Below are positions 58,949-64,000 of a DNA stretch of 64,000 nt, in pieces (the first letter of the stretch is position 1; every line of letters begins with the position of its first letter). A model generated the notes under the pieces. It was given only the letters and a program-made list of their open reading frames with translations, was not told the origin of the DNA and ran no database searches. Location of the stretch: the NCBI GenBank assembly GCA_964408805.1, contig CAYPAV010000022.1, positions 17,227 through 81,226 on the forward strand. The letters are read 5' to 3'. The DNA is from an uncultured Rhodospirillaceae bacterium. GTDB lineage: Bacteria; Pseudomonadota; Alphaproteobacteria; UBA8366. A program made the position numbers and the translations under genes.

Positions 58949-59734
58949 CTACCGAATGTTGGTCATTGTTGCCATCATCTGGTCGGACGTCTCGATCACC
59001 TTGGAGTTCATCTCATAGGCCCGCTGCGCGGTGATGAGATTGCTGATCTCCTCGACGACATTGACGTTCGAAGTTTCCAGGAAACCCTGCTGTAGGCGGC
59101 CGAAGCCGGTCGATTCGGGCGTTCCCGTCTTCGCGGAGCCGGAGGCCGGCGTCTCGAGGTAGAGATTGTCGCCAACGGCCAACAGACCCGCGTCGTTCGA
59201 GAAATTCGCCAGATTGAACTGGCCGACATTCTGCGGCGTCACCTGGCCGTCGAGCTGTACCAGCACCTGGCCGCTCGAATTTATCGTGACGTCGATGGCG
59301 CCGTCCGGAATGGTGATCCCCGGAATGACCTTGAAGCCGTCGACCGTTACCACCTCGCCGTTGGGGCTGAGCTGGAAGGCACCCGAGCGGGTATACGCCG
59401 TCTCGCCGCCTGGCAGTTCTACCTGGAAATAACCCTCGCCGTTGATGGCCGTATCCAGGGTATTCTCGGTGAGTGTCAGGTTGCCCTGTTCCGAGATCCG
59501 GTAGACGGCGGCGGTCTTCACGCCAAGGCCGATCTGCACGCCGGCCGGGACGATCGTCCCGGTATCGGACGAGTCCGAACCGACCCGGCGCTGGTTCTGG
59601 TATAGGAGATCCTGGAATTCGACCCGCCGGCGCTGGAACGCCGTCGTGTTCATATTCGCGATGTTGTGGGAGATCACCTCGACATTCAATTGCTGGGCGA
59701 GCATCCCGGTCGCGCCGATATTTAGCGATCGCAT
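58949..59734 (-). CDS. flgG: Distal rod protein FlgG
   Basis: ATGM.AQQ..ISHNIANMNT..FQDLLYQ, YTRSGAF, QGFLETSNV..AQRAYEMNSK. Confidence 0.96.
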   Translation of the reverse strand: MRSLNIGATGMLAQQLNVEVISHNIANMNTTAFQRRRVEFQDLLYQNQRRVGSDSSDTGTIVPAGVQIGLGVKTAAVYRISEQGNLTLTENTLDTAINGEGYFQVELPGGETAYTRSGAFQLSPNGEVVTVDGFKVIPGITIPDGAIDVTINSSGQVLVQLDGQVTPQNVGQFNLANFSNDAGLLAVGDNLYLETPASGSAKTGTPESTGFGRLQQGFLETSNVNVVEEISNLITAQRAYEMNSKVIETSDQMMATMTNIR

Positions 59735-59745
59735 GGCATCCTCCT

Positions 59746-60186
59746 CTACGCGCCCGCCGCCCGGCGGGTAAGCTTGTTGATCGCGCGCATTTGGCGTTGA
59801 TGTTCCTGTTGGATGGCGCGGCTCAAGCTTTGGTGACCGCGCTGGATTTCGATCATGCGGGAAAGCTCGGTAATCGCTTGAACGTTGGATTCCTCGAGCA
59901 TGCCTTGGACGATCTTGGGAGCCTCCACAGGCTCGGGCGTCATGTCTTCGTCCGCCTGGTAGAGATTGTTCGCGCCGCGGTCGAGCCTTTGTTCATCCTC
60001 GAAGCGGACCAATCCGATCTTGGCGATGGGTCCGTCATTCGCCGATATGGTGCCGTCCGTACTGACGTTTACCTGGCCCGACCCTTCGGGAATGAGGATC
60101 TTCTTTCCCCCATCGTCGAGGACGGGATTACCCTGGCCCGTGACTAGTTGGTTGGTGGCGTCGAGCTGAAATCGACCGTGCCGGGT
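59746..60186 (-). pseudogene. flgF: Proximal rod protein FlgF, 5' part missing
   Basis: TRHGRFQLD..LVT..GNPVL..QGMLEESNV..MIEIQR; upstream of TRHG the frame meets a stop within a few codons; no N-terminal ANNLAN motif. Confidence 0.88.
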
Positions 60187-60299
60187 ACCGCAGGGGACTC
60201 ACCGGGGAGGGCCCTGCTCTGGAAAAGATACAGGATGGCGAGTTTCCGGCGGGCAGTGGAAATGGACCGCTCGCCGGAGTAATTCAAATCGTCGAGAGC

Positions 60300-60851
60300 A
60301 TGAGACAAGTTCTCGATGGCGACTCCGCCGATGCAAATCCCGAACTCCTCAACGAGCTTGAATTTCTGGACCACGCGGTCAAGACGGTCTCGGCCGAACT
60401 CGCCGCATCGGGCGCCGATACGATTCGCGAGACCGACCTTCCGGTCACGAGAGATGAACTCGAAGCCATCATAAATGCCGCCGAGACCGCCACGAATTCG
60501 ATCATGGAGGTTGCCGAGGAAATCGAGGGCGCGGCGGCCGAACTGGATACCGAAATTCAGGGAAAACTGAACGACGCCGTCATGCGGATTTACGAGGCCT
60601 GTGGCTTTCAAGACATTACCGGCCAGCGGATCACGAAGGTGCTGCATACCTTAACAGTGATCGAAGCGAAGATTGATGGTATCCTTTCGGCGTGCGGCGA
60701 TACCGCCGCCCGCGATCGCAAGGCCGAACTCGACGCTCAACTCGAGGCCGGCGACGAACGCGCGGATGCACTTTTGCTGCACGGTCCCGCCGAAGAAGGG
60801 GGGGCCAAATCACAAGAAGATATAGACAAATTGCTGGCGAGCTTTGACTAG
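60300..60851 (+). CDS. CheZ-like protein phosphatase (possibly 5'-truncated)
   Basis: DELEAII.AAE.AT..IM..E; IYEACGFQDITGQRITKV; LLHGP..SQEDIDKL; the frame stays open upstream to the flgF junction. Confidence 0.8.
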   Translation: MRQVLDGDSADANPELLNELEFLDHAVKTVSAELAASGADTIRETDLPVTRDELEAIINAAETATNSIMEVAEEIEGAAAELDTEIQGKLNDAVMRIYEACGFQDITGQRITKVLHTLTVIEAKIDGILSACGDTAARDRKAELDAQLEAGDERADALLLHGPAEEGGAKSQEDIDKLLASFD

Positions 60852-61542
60852 TATTTATAATTTGGATAGTAATGAAGGCGAAGAAAGACCTGTACCGGGC
60901 ACAGGCCCGTATTTGATATTAAGTTTGTTTCTTTTATTACTTGCGTTTTTTATTTTATTAAATGCAATATCTACCACGACAGAAGTAAAATCCCGGGCCG
61001 TGATCGATTCGCTGATTTCGACCTTTCAAAGTCGTGTCGAAGCGACCCAAACGGCCCAGATCTTCGTCTCGTCCTTGGGGACGACACCGCAACCCGAGGA
61101 ACTGATTGGGGAAATGGAACGACTTTGGGTGAGCGAACTACCGGTGGCCGAGGTCAATGTCTTGACGAAAGGCCGGATGATGCAGATGCGCTTGCCCGCC
61201 AACAAGGTATTTCCCGGCGGCAAGGCATTGGTTCGGAAGGATCGGCGCTTTCTGTTGGAGAACATGGCGAGCGTCATTGCAACGCAGGCACCGGGTTACG
61301 TGAACGAGATTGAACTTTTGATCGGGGTCGATTGGCGGGCCGGCGAAGCACTCGATGTCGGTCCGGCGAATCTCGAGGTCTCGCGGGCGATTGCTCTTGT
61401 CAGAACCATTGTCGAGGCGGGTGCGCCGGCGGAATCGATCTCGATGGGCGTGCGCGAAGGCGATGGGCGGGAGCTGCGGCTGCGGTTCCACGTCCGCGAG
61501 GCGGGCAAGGCGCGCATCGATTTCCATCAAGGGATCGAGTGA
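60844..61542 (+). CDS. MotB-like membrane protein lacking the conserved Asp
   Basis: TM segment LSLFLLLLAFFILLNAIS; degenerate OmpA-like C-terminus; TTG start overlapping cheZ. Confidence 0.65.
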   Translation: MTSIYNLDSNEGEERPVPGTGPYLILSLFLLLLAFFILLNAISTTTEVKSRAVIDSLISTFQSRVEATQTAQIFVSSLGTTPQPEELIGEMERLWVSELPVAEVNVLTKGRMMQMRLPANKVFPGGKALVRKDRRFLLENMASVIATQAPGYVNEIELLIGVDWRAGEALDVGPANLEVSRAIALVRTIVEAGAPAESISMGVREGDGRELRLRFHVREAGKARIDFHQGIE

Positions 61543-61547
61543 TCGGC

Positions 61548-62255
61548 ATGGACGAAACAGATGATCTCCCCGAACCGCGCAGACATCCCATTTGGCTCGT
61601 GACTTTCGCCGACGTCACGGCGTTGTTGCTGGCGTTTTTCGTCATGCTGTTTTTGATGAAGAACCTGCAATCCGAAAAATGGGCGGATATCATTTCCCAG
61701 CTTTCGACATCGGAGAAACCGACGGTCAAACAGATCATCCCGCCGCCGACGGCGGCGAAAAACATCGGCAAGGTGGAGGTACGCGAAGCGCTGCCGCTCA
61801 ACTATCTCGCCAACGTGCTGGAAAAAAATCTGGTCGCAGACGAAGTACTGAATACGGCGGCGGTCCATCGTTTGGACGGCTTGGTCGTCGTTTCGCTTCC
61901 TTCGGATACGCTCTTTCATCCGGGCCAGGCGAAACTGACCCCCGGTGCTCGCGAGGCATTGTTTCGCATTGGTGGAATCGTCGCCAGTCTCGGCAATCTG
62001 GTCGATGTGCGGGGCCACACCGATCCGGCACCGGATTCGAGTGGAGCCTTCGGCTCGAAATGGGCGATCTCGCTTGCTCGCGCGGCCGCCGTTGCGAATG
62101 AACTGCGCCGCACCGGATATAGGCGGCCGATTTCGATTTACGGACTTGCCGATACGCGTTTCGTTCATCTGGATAGCCGATTGCCCCGACAAGCGCGGTT
62201 TCGGCTTGCGCGCCGGGTGGATATCGTGATCCACCCGCATTCCGGTGACACTTGA
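61548..62255 (+). CDS. MotB/OmpA family stator protein
   Basis: WLVTFAD..LLLAFFVML, LF.PG.A, V.GHTD, W.IS.ARA..V, RRVDI. Confidence 0.85.
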   Translation: MDETDDLPEPRRHPIWLVTFADVTALLLAFFVMLFLMKNLQSEKWADIISQLSTSEKPTVKQIIPPPTAAKNIGKVEVREALPLNYLANVLEKNLVADEVLNTAAVHRLDGLVVVSLPSDTLFHPGQAKLTPGAREALFRIGGIVASLGNLVDVRGHTDPAPDSSGAFGSKWAISLARAAAVANELRRTGYRRPISIYGLADTRFVHLDSRLPRQARFRLARRVDIVIHPHSGDT

Positions 62256-64000
62256 TGCGCCGTTGTCTCCCCGCCTTCGGCATAATCCTCGTCCTGATGG
62301 CCGCGGTTCCGGCGGCGGCGCAGGAAAAGGTCGGTTTGCGCGGATGGGGTCATTCCGAATTCGGTCGCCTCGTGTTCGATTGGCCGAAGCCGGTCACGTT
62401 CGAGGCGAAAATTGACGGACGGATCCTCTCGATTCGGTTCGCGCGTCCCTTCGAAACCGATTTCGCGAAGGCCTTGGAATTGCTCACCGGCTATATCGCG
62501 AGCGCACGCCTCTCCGACGACAAACGAACGGCCGCGTTCACCCTCAAGGGCGATTACACGGTCAAGGGATTCGGGAACGATAATTCCGTCGTCGTCGATA
62601 TTCGCAGGTCCCCCGCCACGGCGAAGACGGGATCCGCCTTGCCGACGCTCCGCATCCGGACCGGCGAACATCCGAGTTACGATCGGTTGGTTTTCGATTG
62701 GACACGGTCGGTCGGCTATAAGGTTTCTCGCGAGGGACCGTTGGTGAGTCTGCGCTTCGATCAACCGGCCAGGGTCGATTTGACGCGATTGAAGCCGGAT
62801 CTCGACAAGGGAATCCGCGATCCGGTGGCCAAGGCCGAGGACAAGGCCCTCGTTTTCACCGTACGCGTGAAGGAAGGGACCCGTATCCGTCATTTCCGGG
62901 CCGGCACCAAGATCGTTTTCGATGCCCTGCGCGGGAAAGAGGATGCGGCCGCCAAGAAACCGGTGGGGGGAACGCCTCAGCCACCGAAGGCCGCCAAGAC
63001 CGTACCGGTCCAAAAAGCCAAGATCGCGACTGCGCCACCGCCAATACCCGCGTCGCCCAAGAAGGCGCCGGCGAAGCCGATCCGCTTGGTACCGAAGGGC
63101 GGAAAGAAACAGGCCCCCGTTGGGAAAACACCGGCGGCGAAGGACCCGAAGAAGGATGTCGCCAAGAAAAAGGATGTCGCCAAGAAGCCGCCGGTGAAGG
63201 ATGGCGACGACAAACCGAAAACCAAACCCAAGGCGGGTACGAATGTCGCGGAAGCATCGAGTGCGCCGAAAAAGGCGGATCCGCCGGAAGCGGAGGAAGG
63301 GCCGCCACCGGATCCGGTTACCTTGGTGTTCGGATGGTCCAAGCCGGTGACCGCGGCGGTCTTCAGGCGCCACAAATATATCTGGATCGTCTTCGACCAA
63401 CGGACGCCGGTTGATACGGCTCCGCTGCGTCAGCAGAGCCGGCAATTGATCGATCGGATCGACCAGATCCCCGCCCCCCAAGGTACCTTCATCCGTATCC
63501 AGACGAAGCGCGGTATAAATGTCTCGAGTATTACGCTCGATCGGACGAATTGGTTGGTCGAATTCGCCCGCGTGCCCCTGGAACCAGCGATCCCCATCAC
63601 CTTTGGCGTCAGTCAGGCCGGCGATGCCGGCGCCCAGATTTCGATGCTGGTTGAAGCGCTGGGGAACGTATTGTCGTTTCAAGACCCGAATGTGGGTGAC
63701 ACGATCCAAGTCGTCACCTTGGCGACGCCCGGGCTTGGAGTCCAAGGTCGGCGCGCCTATCCGGAATTCCAGCTGCTGGCGACCGCCCAAGGTGTCGCGG
63801 TTGAGTCCCTGAACGACGAGTTGAAGCTCAGGAAGCTCAAGAAGTCGATCGTGCTCGCTGGTCCGAAGGGCCTTCACGTCTCGCCGATCGCCCAAGCGCC
63901 GAACAAGGGCCGGGGTGAAAAGGGCGCGCAAGCGCTTGGCCCAATTGGCGTTCAGCTTCTGACACCGACGAAATGGCAACGCGGAAAGATGGAGGACTTT
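62255..64000 (+). CDS. Large exported flagellar-region protein (partial; runs off the window)
   Basis: ATG at 62255 overlaps the motB stop; MRRCLPAFGIILVLMAAVPAAAQ signal peptide; repeated H..F/Y.RLVFDW modules; K/P/A-rich linker; absent from the ORF track, presumably because no stop falls inside the window. Confidence 0.75.
   Translation, partial: MRRCLPAFGIILVLMAAVPAAAQEKVGLRGWGHSEFGRLVFDWPKPVTFEAKIDGRILSIRFARPFETDFAKALELLTGYIASARLSDDKRTAAFTLKGDYTVKGFGNDNSVVVDIRRSPATAKTGSALPTLRIRTGEHPSYDRLVFDWTRSVGYKVSREGPLVSLRFDQPARVDLTRLKPDLDKGIRDPVAKAEDKALVFTVRVKEGTRIRHFRAGTKIVFDALRGKEDAAAKKPVGGTPQPPKAAKTVPVQKAKIATAPPPIPASPKKAPAKPIRLVPKGGKKQAPVGKTPAAKDPKKDVAKKKDVAKKPPVKDGDDKPKTKPKAGTNVAEASSAPKKADPPEAEEGPPPDPVTLVFGWSKPVTAAVFRRHKYIWIVFDQRTPVDTAPLRQQSRQLIDRIDQIPAPQGTFIRIQTKRGINVSSITLDRTNWLVEFARVPLEPAIPITFGVSQAGDAGAQISMLVEALGNVLSFQDPNVGDTIQVVTLATPGLGVQGRRAYPEFQLLATAQGVAVESLNDELKLRKLKKSIVLAGPKGLHVSPIAQAPNKGRGEKGAQALGPIGVQLLTPTKWQRGKMEDF

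Noticed and set aside
30757-60300. A common recombination-site motif at all breakpoints (programmed rearrangement)
   Set aside because: Junction sequences differ; only two have short palindromes (TTGCGCAA, GGTACC), and no recombinase gene is present in the window
63152-63187. Near-perfect 18-bp tandem duplication (AAGGATGTCGCCAAGAA)
   Set aside because: Only two copies, encoding KDVAKK in a low-complexity linker; not a CRISPR or regulatory array
62165-63979. 604-aa minus-strand ORF (and similar long shadow ORFs, e.g. 15997-17931, 2407-3672, 11574-12872)
   Set aside because: These are antisense shadows of genuine genes, common in high-GC DNA; the opposite strand carries the family motifs
1-64000. 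CRISPR arrays, IS elements, prophage or defence systems
   Set aside because: No spaced direct repeats, transposase, integrase, phage or defence-protein motifs were recognised

Overview
This window is GC-rich alphaproteobacterial DNA. A Rhodospirillales-like lineage is inferred from the DUF3553-chpT-cheA, flbT/flaF and fliX-dksA gene order. Bases 1-29.9 kb hold intact metabolic genes: LLM oxidoreductases, a MaoC pair, a CoA transferase, an MmgE/PrpD-PrpF-MmgE/PrpD operon, a Rieske oxygenase, a TcuA-like flavoprotein, argE, threonine synthase, NAD kinase and moaA/fdhD/mobA. Bases 30-64 kb hold a chemotaxis/flagellar region with two short sigma54-driven flagellins inside an island of five TPR-glycosyltransferases and sugar-modifying enzymes. 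Two signals stand out. (1) The motility locus is broken at several precise junctions with no transposase in view: cheA is cut and joined to a truncated HAD gene, flgI is split with one part inverted and fused to a foreign kinase fragment, flgH is internally deleted, and flgF lacks its 5' half. Point lesions add to this (chpT frameshift, a TGG>TGA stop, an A8 frameshift, a kinase His>Asn). The flagellins, flgK/L/G/A and the flagellin promoters look intact. (2) Sharply bounded 100-200 bp AT-rich patches (about 17-26% GC by hand count where counted) lie in frame inside flagellar-region genes and not inside the metabolic genes. No rRNA, tRNA, CRISPR array or IS element was recognised. All product calls come from motif recognition without database searches.
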